The notes below the pieces were generated by a model. The model was not told the DNA's origin and ran no database searches. It saw only the letters and a program-made list of their open reading frames with translations. Shown piece after piece: positions 26,244-36,101 of a DNA stretch of 64,000 bases (the first letter of the stretch is position 1; every line of letters starts with the position of its first letter). The DNA is from Bacteroidia bacterium (lineage in GTDB: Bacteria > Bacteroidota > Bacteroidia > Flavobacteriales > Flavobacteriaceae), in assembly GCA_030427985.1 (NCBI GenBank), contig JAUIBH010000005.1, forward strand, positions 11,766 through 75,765, in the 5' to 3' direction. The translations under genes were made by a program, and so were the position numbers.

Positions 26244-27518
26244 TTAAATGGTGGCAAAAGCCTGCTCCAAATCCGCTTTTAAATCGGATAAATCTTCTAA
26301 GCCCACACAAATTCGAATTAAATCTTTGGTCACACCCGTAGACTCTTGGTCCTCATCACTCAATTGTTGATGGGTTGTACTTGCTGGGTGAATAATCAAT
26401 GATTTTGTATCCCCAATATTGGCTAACAGCGAAAATAATTTGGTTTCATCCACTATTTTCTTGGCATCATCAAAGCCGCCTTTAACACCAAAGGTGACCA
26501 CTCCACTTTGCCCTTTGGGCAAGTATTCATCGGCTAATTTCTTGTATTTGCTGGATTCCAATCCAGGATAATTCACCCAAGTGACCTCATCCCTTCCTTC
26601 CAACCATTTGGCCAAGGCCAATGCATTTTCACTGTGCTTTTTCATGCGAATGTCCAAAGTTTCCAAACCTTGGATAATCTGGAATGCGTTAAATGGACTT
26701 AAACATGCACCATGATCCCGAAGTCCTTCAATTCTCACTTTAGCAATGAAGGCTGCAGGACCTAAAGCCTCATGATAGACCAATCCGTGGTATCCGGGAG
26801 AAGGTTCTGTAAATTCAGGGAATTTTCCATTGGCCCAGTCAAAGGTTCCTGCATCAATGATGGCGCCACCCAAGGCTGTTCCATTTCCGTTGATGTATTT
26901 GGTCAAGGAGTGAATTACAATATTCGCCCCATGCTCAATCGGATTCAGCAAAGCCGGAGTAGCCACAGTATTATCCACAATAAAAGGAACTTTTGCTGCT
27001 TTGGCTTCTTTGGAAATGGCCTTCAAGTCCAATACATCCAATTTGGGATTACCCAATGATTCTACAAAGAAAGCTTTGGTATTATCTTGAACGGCTTTGG
27101 TAAAATTGGCCGGGTCAGAAGGGTCCACAAAAGTTGTGGTAATGCCCAAACGAGGCAGTGTTACGCTAAAAAGATTATAAGTCCCCCCGTACAAGCTGTT
27201 GGAAGATACAATATGATCGCCCGCTTTTAACAAGACCAACAAAGCTGTATTTATGGCTCCGGTTCCGGAAGAAGTTACCACAGAGGCAATCCCCCCTTCA
27301 AGGGCTGCCAAGCGTTGCTCCAAAATATCATTGGTGGGGTTGTTGATTCGGGTATAGATGTTGCCAAACTCGGCCAATGAAAATAGATTGGCAGCATGGT
27401 CTGAATTGTTGAATACATAGGCGGTGCTTTGGTAAATTGGCACAGCTCGTGTTCCTCCGTTTACCGTAACATCGTGGCCAGCATGAAGGGCATTGGTTGA
27501 AAATTTTTGATCGCTCAT
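26244..27518 (-). CDS. metY: O-acetylhomoserine aminocarboxypropyltransferase / sulfhydrylase
   Basis: AVPIYQS, GNIYTRINNPT, HSLTKY and LANIGD...HPASTTHQQL. Start set at MSDQKF. Confidence 0.93.
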   Translation of the reverse strand: MSDQKFSTNALHAGHDVTVNGGTRAVPIYQSTAYVFNNSDHAANLFSLAEFGNIYTRINNPTNDILEQRLAALEGGIASVVTSSGTGAINTALLVLLKAGDHIVSSNSLYGGTYNLFSVTLPRLGITTTFVDPSDPANFTKAVQDNTKAFFVESLGNPKLDVLDLKAISKEAKAAKVPFIVDNTVATPALLNPIEHGANIVIHSLTKYINGNGTALGGAIIDAGTFDWANGKFPEFTEPSPGYHGLVYHEALGPAAFIAKVRIEGLRDHGACLSPFNAFQIIQGLETLDIRMKKHSENALALAKWLEGRDEVTWVNYPGLESSKYKKLADEYLPKGQSGVVTFGVKGGFDDAKKIVDETKLFSLLANIGDTKSLIIHPASTTHQQLSDEDQESTGVTKDLIRICVGLEDLSDLKADLEQAFATI

Positions 27519-27633
27519 GACTTTTGTCTGTTTAATTAGTACATCAATAAAATTAAAAGCCAAACCCTGTAGGCAGCACCCATAGGAATAATCAAAAAGT
27601 TATAAGAAAGTGAAATCGAAAATGTCGATTGTC

Positions 27634-27737
27634 GTTATCTATTCCCTCTTGGGATAGAATGTAGCACCTTCATGACACTTGGGGCCAAGGGTTGCTAAGG
27701 CTTCATAGGGTCTATTCCCTCCGCCTTTCTTGATAAC
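27634..27737 (-). ncRNA. SAM-I (S-box) riboswitch upstream of the metY operon
   Basis: Minus strand GTTATCAAGAAAGGCGGAGGGAATAGACCCTATGAAGCCTTAGCAACC...AAGGTGCTACATTC...GATAAC. A -7 box TATATTTG lies at 27767-27774. Confidence 0.93.
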
Positions 27738-27836
27738 TATTCAATACGTGTTTGAACTTTGAGCGACAAATATACAGATGGAAGGATGGATTTTCCTAAT
27801 TTTTTGGAAAAATTCACAGCAAAACCGTGATTCTAT

Positions 27837-29771
27837 CTACTTTAAAACCGAGAACTCAATATTAGAATCCGTAAATACAGTATGGGTTTGGGTTTTAAAA
27901 TCGGATTCGTCCGCCTTAAAAATATTCTCTACATAGGTCTGCGGGTTCAAATCAATCAAGGGAAACCATGTGCTCTGCACCTGCACCTGCAACTTGTGTC
28001 CTTTTTTGAAGGTATGGAAGACATCTTGCAGTTTAATGTTCACATCCGTTTTCTGATTGGGCGTAAAAGGCTCTGGATTGGAAAAACTATTCCTAAAACG
28101 ACCCCGCAATACTTCACTTCGAACCATTAAATGATAATTGCTCATTCTAAGGTGGTCCTGCATTTCTTCGTTGGTCTCGGAATTGGCAGGGTGCACATCT
28201 ATAATTTTCACAATCCAATCGGCGGCAGTTCCCGTGGTGGCGACCTTCAATTTGGCCATGATATCTCCTGCTAAAGTCAAGTCGTCTTCCAACACATCGG
28301 TTTCAAAAACCAAAACATCGGAACGCCGTGCCGCAAAGCGTTGGTCATCTGTCATGTATTTTCTGGGTGTGAAAACGGTCTTCACATCTTCAGAATAAGG
28401 CACCGGCTTTTTAATATCACTGATAAATTGAATGCCTGCTGTTCCCTTTTGTTCAGAAGTCAGCTCTTGGTTTTCGGAAAGGTACATGGTTTGTTTTACC
28501 ATATTTGCAGGCGGCCATGTATCATATTGCTTCCACTCTTTTTTACCGGTGTCGAACACATAGGCTTCGGGCAAACCGGAATTCATATCGCCATCACCCT
28601 TTAAAAAATGGTTAAAGAACTTTGTCTCGATGTTATCTTGGAAAAATTCAGCAATGGAATCCCCAAAATAGTAGTTGCCCACCAAGCTTCGGCCATCACG
28701 ACTGGCCCAACGACCATGGTCCCACGGACCGAAAACCATGGTGTTGTAGTTTCCTTCGTTATATTTTTCAATGTTCTTGTAGGTTTCCAAGGGTCCGTAC
28801 AAATCCTCAGCATCAAACCATCCGCCTACGATCATGGTGGCCACAGTGCTCTTCACATCTTTTAAGTGCTGAATTAGCCCACGACTTTGCCACATTTCAT
28901 CATAATTGGGATGCTCTTTAAGCTCGTTCCAGAAAAAGTCATCGGTAACCCCTTCGGGGCGCATAGTGGGGGTATCCGCAGTTTCATATTCGTAGAAGTA
29001 ATCCAAATTCTTGAGTGGTCCGGCATCCAAGAAAAACTGATATTGGTCTTCAGTGGGCAACTCAGGAAGCACATACCAAGCTGTATCAATGGGTTGATCG
29101 CCATTCGGGCGTGGCGTTCCAAAAAGAGCTGTGGCCCTAAAATAGCTCAACAAATAGGCTCCGTTATGGTGGAAATCATCAAAAAAGAAATCCCCAATAC
29201 AGGCCTGGGGTGATGCCGCTTTTAAGGCGGGATGTGCATCCACCGTGGCGTAGGTGGCATAATATCCGGGATATGAAATTCCCCAAATGCCCACCTTACC
29301 ATTATTGTTCTCCACATTGTTCACCAACCATTCAATGGTGTCGTAGGTGTCCGAACTTTCATCCACCTGATCATCGGATGCCTTGTTAGGAATGTAAGCA
29401 CGCATATTTTCATAATGACCCTCGCTCAACCATCTTCCCCGAACATCTTGGTAGACGATGATATTCCCTTCCTTCATTAGATTTACGTTGGGACCAATCT
29501 TAGTTCTAAAATTCCCTTCTCCATAAGGCTGGGAACTATACGGAGTACGCTGCATGATGATGGGGTACTCTTTTGAGGTATCCTTCGGAGAATAAATGGT
29601 AGTGTGCAATTTTACACCATCCCGCATCTCAATATCCACTTCTTGCTTGGTATAATGGTCGGCCACGTAGGTATCAACCGTTGTTGCTTCGGTTTTCGTG
29701 GTTTTTTTACACCCCACCACTACAAATAATAAACAAAGACCAAGGAACAAGATGCGAACTGAAGTTTTCAT
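27837..29771 (-). CDS. CocE/NonD-family hydrolase (alpha-amino-acid ester hydrolase / X-Pro peptidase-like) lipoprotein
   Basis: Lipobox VVGC, MRDGVKL, RTPY, QDVRGR, GISYPG nucleophile, GWFDAED and GPWDH. Confidence 0.9.
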   Translation of the reverse strand: MKTSVRILFLGLCLLFVVVGCKKTTKTEATTVDTYVADHYTKQEVDIEMRDGVKLHTTIYSPKDTSKEYPIIMQRTPYSSQPYGEGNFRTKIGPNVNLMKEGNIIVYQDVRGRWLSEGHYENMRAYIPNKASDDQVDESSDTYDTIEWLVNNVENNNGKVGIWGISYPGYYATYATVDAHPALKAASPQACIGDFFFDDFHHNGAYLLSYFRATALFGTPRPNGDQPIDTAWYVLPELPTEDQYQFFLDAGPLKNLDYFYEYETADTPTMRPEGVTDDFFWNELKEHPNYDEMWQSRGLIQHLKDVKSTVATMIVGGWFDAEDLYGPLETYKNIEKYNEGNYNTMVFGPWDHGRWASRDGRSLVGNYYFGDSIAEFFQDNIETKFFNHFLKGDGDMNSGLPEAYVFDTGKKEWKQYDTWPPANMVKQTMYLSENQELTSEQKGTAGIQFISDIKKPVPYSEDVKTVFTPRKYMTDDQRFAARRSDVLVFETDVLEDDLTLAGDIMAKLKVATTGTAADWIVKIIDVHPANSETNEEMQDHLRMSNYHLMVRSEVLRGRFRNSFSNPEPFTPNQKTDVNIKLQDVFHTFKKGHKLQVQVQSTWFPLIDLNPQTYVENIFKADESDFKTQTHTVFTDSNIEFSVLK

Positions 29772-29878
29772 GCTTTCGTATTTTGATTTTCTAAAACTAC
29801 TAAAGTTCGTGGGAGTATGCCAACAAAAAAGGAGCCCTTAAAAGCTCCTCTTGTTCTATTTTTTAAATTAAGTTGAAT

Positions 29879-31132
29879 CTAAAGCCCAAATGCTTCCTTC
29901 ACTTGGTTCACCATATCCAGTTTTTCCCAAGTGAACAATTCCACTTCTTTTTGGATTCTTCCATTATAGGGTGATTCAAAGACTTTGGTCACGGTTTGCG
30001 GTTCTTTTCCCAAATGGCCATAAGCTGCCGTTTCCAAATAAATAGGATTACGAAGTTTTAACCGTTCCTCAATGGCAAAAGGTCGCATATCAAACAGTTC
30101 GGAAGCTTTTTTGGCGATTTCGCCATCCGATATCCCTACATTGGACGAACCGTAGGTCTCCACAAAAAGGGAAGTGGGTTCCACTACCCCAATGGCATAA
30201 CTTACCTGAACCAATATTTCATCGGCCACACCAGCAGCTACCAAGTTTTTGGCGATATGCCGCGCGGCATAAGCGGCACTTCTATCCACTTTGCTCGGGT
30301 CTTTACCACTAAAAGCACCACCCCCATGGGCTCCTTTTCCGCCATAGGTGTCCACAATTATTTTTCGGCCGGTAAGTCCGGTATCACCGTGAGGGCCACC
30401 GATCACAAATTTTCCGGTGGGATTGATATGGTACTTGATCTTTTCGTTAAAAAGTTTTTGGATGCTTTCAGGCAACAACTTGGTCACCTCTGGAATCAAA
30501 ATTTCAATCACATCCTTTTTGATTTTGGCCAACATTGCATCATCAGCACCAAACTCATCATGTTGGGTGGAAACCACAATGGTATCAATACGCTGAGGGG
30601 TGTTATCATCCGAATATTCAATAGTTACCTGTGCTTTTGCATCGGGGCGCAAATAAGTGATTTTATCACCTTGCCTTCTCAACTCAGCCAACACTTGAAG
30701 GATTTTGTGCGAAATATCCAAAGCCAAGGGCATATAATTATCGGTTTCCTTGGTGGCATACCCAAACATCATTCCTTGATCACCGGCTCCTTGCTCTTCT
30801 TTATTACCTCGATCCACACCTTGATTTATCTCTTGTGATTGTTCATGAATAAGTGAAATGACACCACAAGAATCGCCACTGAATTTATACTCCCCCTTGG
30901 TATAGCCAATTTGGTTGATCACATCCCGGGCAATACTCTGTAAATCCACATACGTGTGACTCTTCACTTCACCCGCCAGCACCACCTGCCCTGTAGTCAC
31001 CAAGGTTTCGCAGGCCACCTTACTATCGGGGTCAAAAGCCAAAAAATTATCCAGAAGTGCATCACTGATTTGATCCGCAATCTTATCTGGGTGTCCTTCA
31101 CTAACGGACTCTGAAGTAAACAAATATGCCAT
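29879..31132 (-). CDS. metK: S-adenosylmethionine synthetase
   Basis: [19 protein letters not shown] and GGGAFSGKD. Confidence 0.98.
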   Translation of the reverse strand: MAYLFTSESVSEGHPDKIADQISDALLDNFLAFDPDSKVACETLVTTGQVVLAGEVKSHTYVDLQSIARDVINQIGYTKGEYKFSGDSCGVISLIHEQSQEINQGVDRGNKEEQGAGDQGMMFGYATKETDNYMPLALDISHKILQVLAELRRQGDKITYLRPDAKAQVTIEYSDDNTPQRIDTIVVSTQHDEFGADDAMLAKIKKDVIEILIPEVTKLLPESIQKLFNEKIKYHINPTGKFVIGGPHGDTGLTGRKIIVDTYGGKGAHGGGAFSGKDPSKVDRSAAYAARHIAKNLVAAGVADEILVQVSYAIGVVEPTSLFVETYGSSNVGISDGEIAKKASELFDMRPFAIEERLKLRNPIYLETAAYGHLGKEPQTVTKVFESPYNGRIQKEVELFTWEKLDMVNQVKEAFGL

Positions 31133-31220
31133 TATTCTTAATTATGGAGGTTGCTTTGACCAAAGCCCTGCAAAGAAGTTCCATACCCTGGTGAAGAGAT
31201 GCCAAATAGCATTTGGCACG

Positions 31221-31267
31221 AACTGCTTTAGCATTTTTGGAGGTTGCAATCAGTCAAATCTGTCCTC
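31221..31267 (-). ncRNA. SAM-II-type riboswitch upstream of metK
   Basis: Minus strand GAGG-ACA-GATTT-GACTG-ATTGCAA-CCTC-CAAAAAT-GCTAAAG-CAGTT. P1 is GAGG/CCTC, the pseudoknot is GACTG/CAGTT, and the SAM-II motifs GAUUU, UUGC and GCUAAA are present. A -7 box TACTTTTG lies at 31279-31286. Confidence 0.82.
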
Positions 31268-31435
31268 ATTTTGAAGGGCAAAAGTACATATTTGCAACAT
31301 AATTCAAAACTTTGTTTTCAGCTAATCTTTGCAGTGCCATTCAAATAGTTTTTTTTCTTTGACTGGATATACTTTGTATATTGCGGCTTGCGTTAGTATA
31401 ATCAATAAACACCAACCATAAAACACCATTACCCT

Positions 31436-32053
31436 ATGCACATTGCCGTAGCAGGAAACATTGGCGCTGGAAAAACGACCCTTACCGACTTACTGGCAAA
31501 GCATTACAAATGGGAAGCCCATTTTGAGGACGTGGTGGACAATCCGTATTTGGATGATTTTTACACGCAAATGGCTCGTTGGAGTTTTAACCTGCAAATC
31601 TACTTTTTGAACAGTCGCTATCGCCAAATCCTAAAAATCAGGGAAACGGGGAAAAATGTAATCCAAGATCGGACCATTTATGAAGACGCCCACATTTTTG
31701 CACCCAATTTGCACGCCATGGGATTGATGACCAATCGTGATTATGAGAATTACAAAGGGCTGTTTGAGTTGATGGAAAGTTTGGTGCAACCGCCGGATCT
31801 ATTAATCTATCTGCGCAGTTCCATTCCCAATTTGGTGAACCAAATTCATAAACGTGGTCGGGATTATGAAAATTCCATTTCCATTGATTACCTCAGCCGA
31901 TTGAATGAACGCTACGAAGCCTGGGCCAACACCTATGAAAAGGGCAAGTTGCTCATCTTTGATGTGGACGACATCAATTTTGTGGACGATCCCGAAGATT
32001 TAGGTAAAGTGATCAACCGTATTGATGCGGAGATTCATGGGTTGTTTGAGTAA
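31436..32053 (+). CDS. Deoxynucleoside kinase
   Basis: GNIGAGKTT P-loop, QDRTIYED and RGRDYE. Confidence 0.93.
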   Translation: MHIAVAGNIGAGKTTLTDLLAKHYKWEAHFEDVVDNPYLDDFYTQMARWSFNLQIYFLNSRYRQILKIRETGKNVIQDRTIYEDAHIFAPNLHAMGLMTNRDYENYKGLFELMESLVQPPDLLIYLRSSIPNLVNQIHKRGRDYENSISIDYLSRLNERYEAWANTYEKGKLLIFDVDDINFVDDPEDLGKVINRIDAEIHGLFE

Positions 32054-32152
32054 ATTCCTTTCCAAAAACTTTCACCCTTTATCCTTACCTACATTTTATT
32101 CCATGGATATCGGTATATTTAATGCTGATAAATTTCCGGTCGCACTAAATTC

Positions 32153-33193
32153 ATGAAAGCATTAGTTTACGAAAACTTTGAAGGGGCATTGCATATTCAA
32201 TCCGTGCCTGACCCCACCCCGAGCGATTATGGCGTAGTGGTAAAAGTGGAAGCTACTGGACTTTGCCTGAGTGATTGGCATGGGTGGATGGGGCATGACC
32301 CCGACATTAAACTGCCTCATGTCCCCGGTCATGAATTGGCAGGTACTGTGGCTGCCATCGGAAAAAATGTTGCAAACTTTAACATTGGTGATCGCGTTAC
32401 CGTTCCCTTTGTCTGCGGATGTGGCACTTGTGGCGAATGCAAATCGGGTAACCACCAAGTATGTGACCATCAATCTCAACCGGGTTTTACCCACTGGGGT
32501 TCCTTTGCCGAATATGTGGCCTTGGACTATGCCGATACCAATTTGGTGAAAATTCCTGATGAAATCACCTATGAAACTGCCGCTATTTTAGGATGTCGGT
32601 TTATCACTGCTTTTCGAGCTGTTGTGGAACAAGGAAAAGTCACTGGCGGGCAATATGTAGCCGTCCATGGCTGCGGAGGAGTCGGACTTTCAGCCATTAT
32701 GATTGCCAATGCGCTCGGAGCCCACGTTATTGCGGTTGACATCAACAATGATACCTTAGCCCTCGCCAAAGCATTGGGCGCTTCAGATACCATAAATGCT
32801 CAAAAGAGTGTGGATATCGTTGAAAAAATAAAGTCATTGACCCATGGTGGCGCGCATGTATCGCTTGATGCCTTGGGAAATCCATCTACCTGTTTCAACT
32901 CCATTGCCAATCTCAAAAAACGGGGAAAGCATGTTCAAGTTGGGTTGATGGCCGGAGACCACAAACATCCCAAAGTACCGATGGATTTGGTAGTCGCCAA
33001 TGAACTGGAAGTCCTCGGAAGCCACGGTATGCAAGCTTTTAAATACCCCCAAATGCTTGAAATGATTCAGCAGGGAAAACTCAACCCACAAAAACTTATA
33101 GAACGGACCATCAGTTTGGAAGATGCAAGCACTGCGCTTCCAAATATGCATAACTTTGAAAATAAAGGTGTACTGGTCATCAACTCATTTTAA
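32153..33193 (+). CDS. Zinc-dependent alcohol dehydrogenase (MDR family)
   Basis: CLSD, GHE, CGTCGEC...C structural zinc ligands and GCGGVG. Confidence 0.92.
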   Translation: MKALVYENFEGALHIQSVPDPTPSDYGVVVKVEATGLCLSDWHGWMGHDPDIKLPHVPGHELAGTVAAIGKNVANFNIGDRVTVPFVCGCGTCGECKSGNHQVCDHQSQPGFTHWGSFAEYVALDYADTNLVKIPDEITYETAAILGCRFITAFRAVVEQGKVTGGQYVAVHGCGGVGLSAIMIANALGAHVIAVDINNDTLALAKALGASDTINAQKSVDIVEKIKSLTHGGAHVSLDALGNPSTCFNSIANLKKRGKHVQVGLMAGDHKHPKVPMDLVVANELEVLGSHGMQAFKYPQMLEMIQQGKLNPQKLIERTISLEDASTALPNMHNFENKGVLVINSF

Positions 33194-33211
33194 ATCAACA
33201 AAACCAACCAC

Positions 33212-34480
33212 ATGAAAACAAAACATTTCAACAAACTACCATTACTTGCAATTGTATTTTTTATTTACATCAACCTTTCTGCGCAGCAATTGACCCAAGT
33301 TCCTTCGGAAGAAGTGGGACTATCTTCGGAACGATTAAACGTGCTTACCGAAACTTTTCAGAATTATGTAGATGATGAGAAACTATCCGGGGCTGTGGTC
33401 ATGGTCGCCCGAAAAGGTAAAGTCGCCTATTTTGAATCCTTTGGAAAGAATGATATAGAAAATAATGTACCCATGGCGAAGAATTCCATCTTCCGAATTG
33501 CTTCACAGACCAAGGCCATTGTAAGTGTTGGAGCAATGATTTTGCAAGAAAGGGGGAAATTACTGATTACCGATCCCGTTGGAAAATATTTGCCCGCTTT
33601 TATGAAAACAAAGGTCGCTGTTGCCAAGGATGATGGCTCGTATGAAATTGTTGATGCCGAAAGGCCCATTACCATTCGAGATTTACTCACCCATACCTCT
33701 GGGGTTTCCTATGGCGGTGGTATTGCCAAAGACCTGTGGGCAGAAGCCAACATCCAAGGTTGGTATTTTGCGGACCGGGATGAACCCATTCAGGCTACCG
33801 TAAACCGAATGGCTGAACTTCCGTTTGAATCGCAACCCAGAGAAAAATTTGTATACGGTTACAACACCGATATTCTAGGTGCTTTAATTGAAGTGGCTTC
33901 TGGTGAACCCTTGGATGTCTTTTTGAAAAAGAACATTCTAGACCCCATTGGCATGACCGACACCCATTTTTACCTACCAAAAGATAAAAGAGAACGTTTG
34001 GCCACTGTGTATTCTACCACTGAAAATGGGTTGGAGCGTGCTCCCAATCCCGGTGGTATGGTGGGTCAAGGTGCTTATGTGGATGGACCTCGAAAAAGTT
34101 TTTCAGGTGGGGCAGGGTTTTTGAGCACGGCGATGGACTATGCCAAATTTCTACAAATGATGCTCAACAAAGGGGAATTCAATGGGAATCGTATTATTTC
34201 CAGAAAAACTGTGGAATTGATGACAACCAACCATCTTCCTTTTCCGCTGAATGAAGGGCAGGGCTTTGGATTGGGCTTTTCTACCGTGGAAGACTTGGGA
34301 CTTCGCGGAACTTTGGGTTCTGAAGGGGAATTTGCCTGGGGCGGTGCCTACCATTCCACCTATTGGGCCGACCCCAAAGAGGAAATGCTAGTGGTATATT
34401 TCACCCAGTTGATTCCAGCCAGAAATATTGATGACCACGGTAAATTACGGGCTTTGGTGTATCAAGCGATAACGGACTAA
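33212..34480 (+). CDS. Secreted serine hydrolase, beta-lactamase family
   Basis: Signal peptide, FRIASQTK, LLTHTSG and WGG. Confidence 0.9.
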   Translation: MKTKHFNKLPLLAIVFFIYINLSAQQLTQVPSEEVGLSSERLNVLTETFQNYVDDEKLSGAVVMVARKGKVAYFESFGKNDIENNVPMAKNSIFRIASQTKAIVSVGAMILQERGKLLITDPVGKYLPAFMKTKVAVAKDDGSYEIVDAERPITIRDLLTHTSGVSYGGGIAKDLWAEANIQGWYFADRDEPIQATVNRMAELPFESQPREKFVYGYNTDILGALIEVASGEPLDVFLKKNILDPIGMTDTHFYLPKDKRERLATVYSTTENGLERAPNPGGMVGQGAYVDGPRKSFSGGAGFLSTAMDYAKFLQMMLNKGEFNGNRIISRKTVELMTTNHLPFPLNEGQGFGLGFSTVEDLGLRGTLGSEGEFAWGGAYHSTYWADPKEEMLVVYFTQLIPARNIDDHGKLRALVYQAITD

Positions 34481-34493
34481 AATATATTGGTGT

Positions 34494-34524
34494 CATTCCC
34501 TCACTCAAATGGGCCATTCCCTCA
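34494..34524 (+). promoter_or_regulatory. 10-bp direct repeat with 21-bp period upstream of tonB (LytTR-like geometry)
   Basis: CATTCCCTCA at 34494-34503 and 34515-34524. Confidence 0.5.
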
Positions 34525-34601
34525 TTGTTGGTTTCATTTAGTTGACTTTCCATGTAGTTTTCAACTCATAACACGCCCCTGTGGCCAAAAATTTGAAAAT
34601 C

Positions 34602-35315
34602 ATGGAACTCAAGAAAAATCCAAATCTGGAATTGAAACGAAACAACACCCTTTATTTTTTTATTGGGATGGCGGTAATATTGCTCCTGGCCTATCTGGCT
34701 TTGGAATGGAAAACGTATTATGCAACTGATGTCTGGGACAATGCGGACTTAAAAGTTCAAGATGAACTGATTGAAGAAGTACCCCTGACTTTCCAAAAAC
34801 TTCCAACACCTCCGCCTAAAATCCAAGCCCCACCGGTCATTGAGATTGCCGAGGATGATGAAGAGGTTGTTGAAACGGTTATTGAATCCACAGAAACCAA
34901 TGAGGACACTGAAATCATACCCCTTGAAAGTATTGAAGTCGCCGAGACGGATGAACCTGAGATTGTACCATGGGTAACAATCGAAAATGCCCCTATTTTC
35001 CCAGGATGTGAAGTCATCTCCGATGAAGATGAGAAGAAAGCCTGTTTTCAGCAAATGATACAAAAACACATCCGAAAACACTTTCGGTACCCTGAGCCAG
35101 CCCAAGAAATGGGATTGCAAGGTCGGGTCAACATCATTTTTACCATTCAAAAGGACGGTAGCATCGGTGACGTAAGAATGCGGGGACCCCATGAGATTTT
35201 GGAAAAAGAAGCGGCCAGAATCATCTCAAAATTACCCAAAATGACCCCTGGAAAGCAACGTGGAACACCTGTAAAAGTGCCTTTTTCCATTCCAATTACA
35301 TTCAAGTTGCAGTAA
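34602..35315 (+). CDS. tonB: Energy transducer TonB
   Basis: N-terminal TM, Pro/Glu-rich linker, YPEPAQEMGLQGRV and PGKQRGTPV...PITF. Confidence 0.9.
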   Translation: MELKKNPNLELKRNNTLYFFIGMAVILLLAYLALEWKTYYATDVWDNADLKVQDELIEEVPLTFQKLPTPPPKIQAPPVIEIAEDDEEVVETVIESTETNEDTEIIPLESIEVAETDEPEIVPWVTIENAPIFPGCEVISDEDEKKACFQQMIQKHIRKHFRYPEPAQEMGLQGRVNIIFTIQKDGSIGDVRMRGPHEILEKEAARIISKLPKMTPGKQRGTPVKVPFSIPITFKLQ

Positions 35316-35324
35316 AAAAATGCC

Positions 35325-35969
35325 ATGAAAAAGCTAATATCACTATCTGTCCTGAGTTTTGTATTGCTTCAAGTTTCCTTTGGACAAATATGTCTGGACG
35401 TAGACTACAAATTACGAGGCTATTTTTATGTGGGAACTAGCCAAATCGATTCAACTGCTTTGGGTGGATTCTACGAAGACAGCAATACGCCAAAACGAGT
35501 TACTTCCGCAATAAAAAAGGTATTAAAACCGAATAGATTTCAAATAGTTGTGCAAACGGATTCCAGTATTGCGTTTACGGAAAAAACAGCGGGATTCAAG
35601 GTTTTTGTCATCAACAATTCCGATTCAATTGTGAAGCTTCCCGCCCAGGACAGCCGAATCTACCTGAAGCGCCAGGTTTTCTATAAAAATAAATGGCAAG
35701 ACATCGAATATCTTCCGAGCAGCTGGTGCGGGAATAGTTATCATTCAGTTTTCATTCGTCCCAATGAATACTGGGACCTTGAAGCTCCTTGTATTGAGGG
35801 AAAAATTCCAGCCAAATTTAGGTTTCAACTGTTCGTTGGCGATACTCATCCAATATTTAACGACCCTAATGTCTATTCCAATGAATTTTATGGAAGTTTC
35901 AACAAAAGTCAACTAACAAAAGAAGAAGGGCATGAACCAACGGGTATTATGGACCCTTATGAAAATTAA
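35325..35969 (+). CDS. Secreted hypothetical protein
   Basis: 214-aa ORF with a signal peptide and an SSWCGNSYH segment. Confidence 0.75.
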   Translation: MKKLISLSVLSFVLLQVSFGQICLDVDYKLRGYFYVGTSQIDSTALGGFYEDSNTPKRVTSAIKKVLKPNRFQIVVQTDSSIAFTEKTAGFKVFVINNSDSIVKLPAQDSRIYLKRQVFYKNKWQDIEYLPSSWCGNSYHSVFIRPNEYWDLEAPCIEGKIPAKFRFQLFVGDTHPIFNDPNVYSNEFYGSFNKSQLTKEEGHEPTGIMDPYEN

Positions 35970-35994
35970 AATGTATTGAAGAATATAGCCTTTA

Positions 35995-36021
35995 AAAAAC
36001 CACATCTTGGATGTGGTTTTT
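35995..36021 (+). terminator. Intrinsic terminator
   Basis: AAAAACCACATC-TTG-GATGTGGTTTTT. Confidence 0.8.
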
Positions 36022-36101
36022 CCCTTCAACCCAACACCGCCACCAATTTGTTTGGCTATTTTTAGTAGTTTAGAGGGCACTACTTTTTAAACCAAACAAA
36101 C

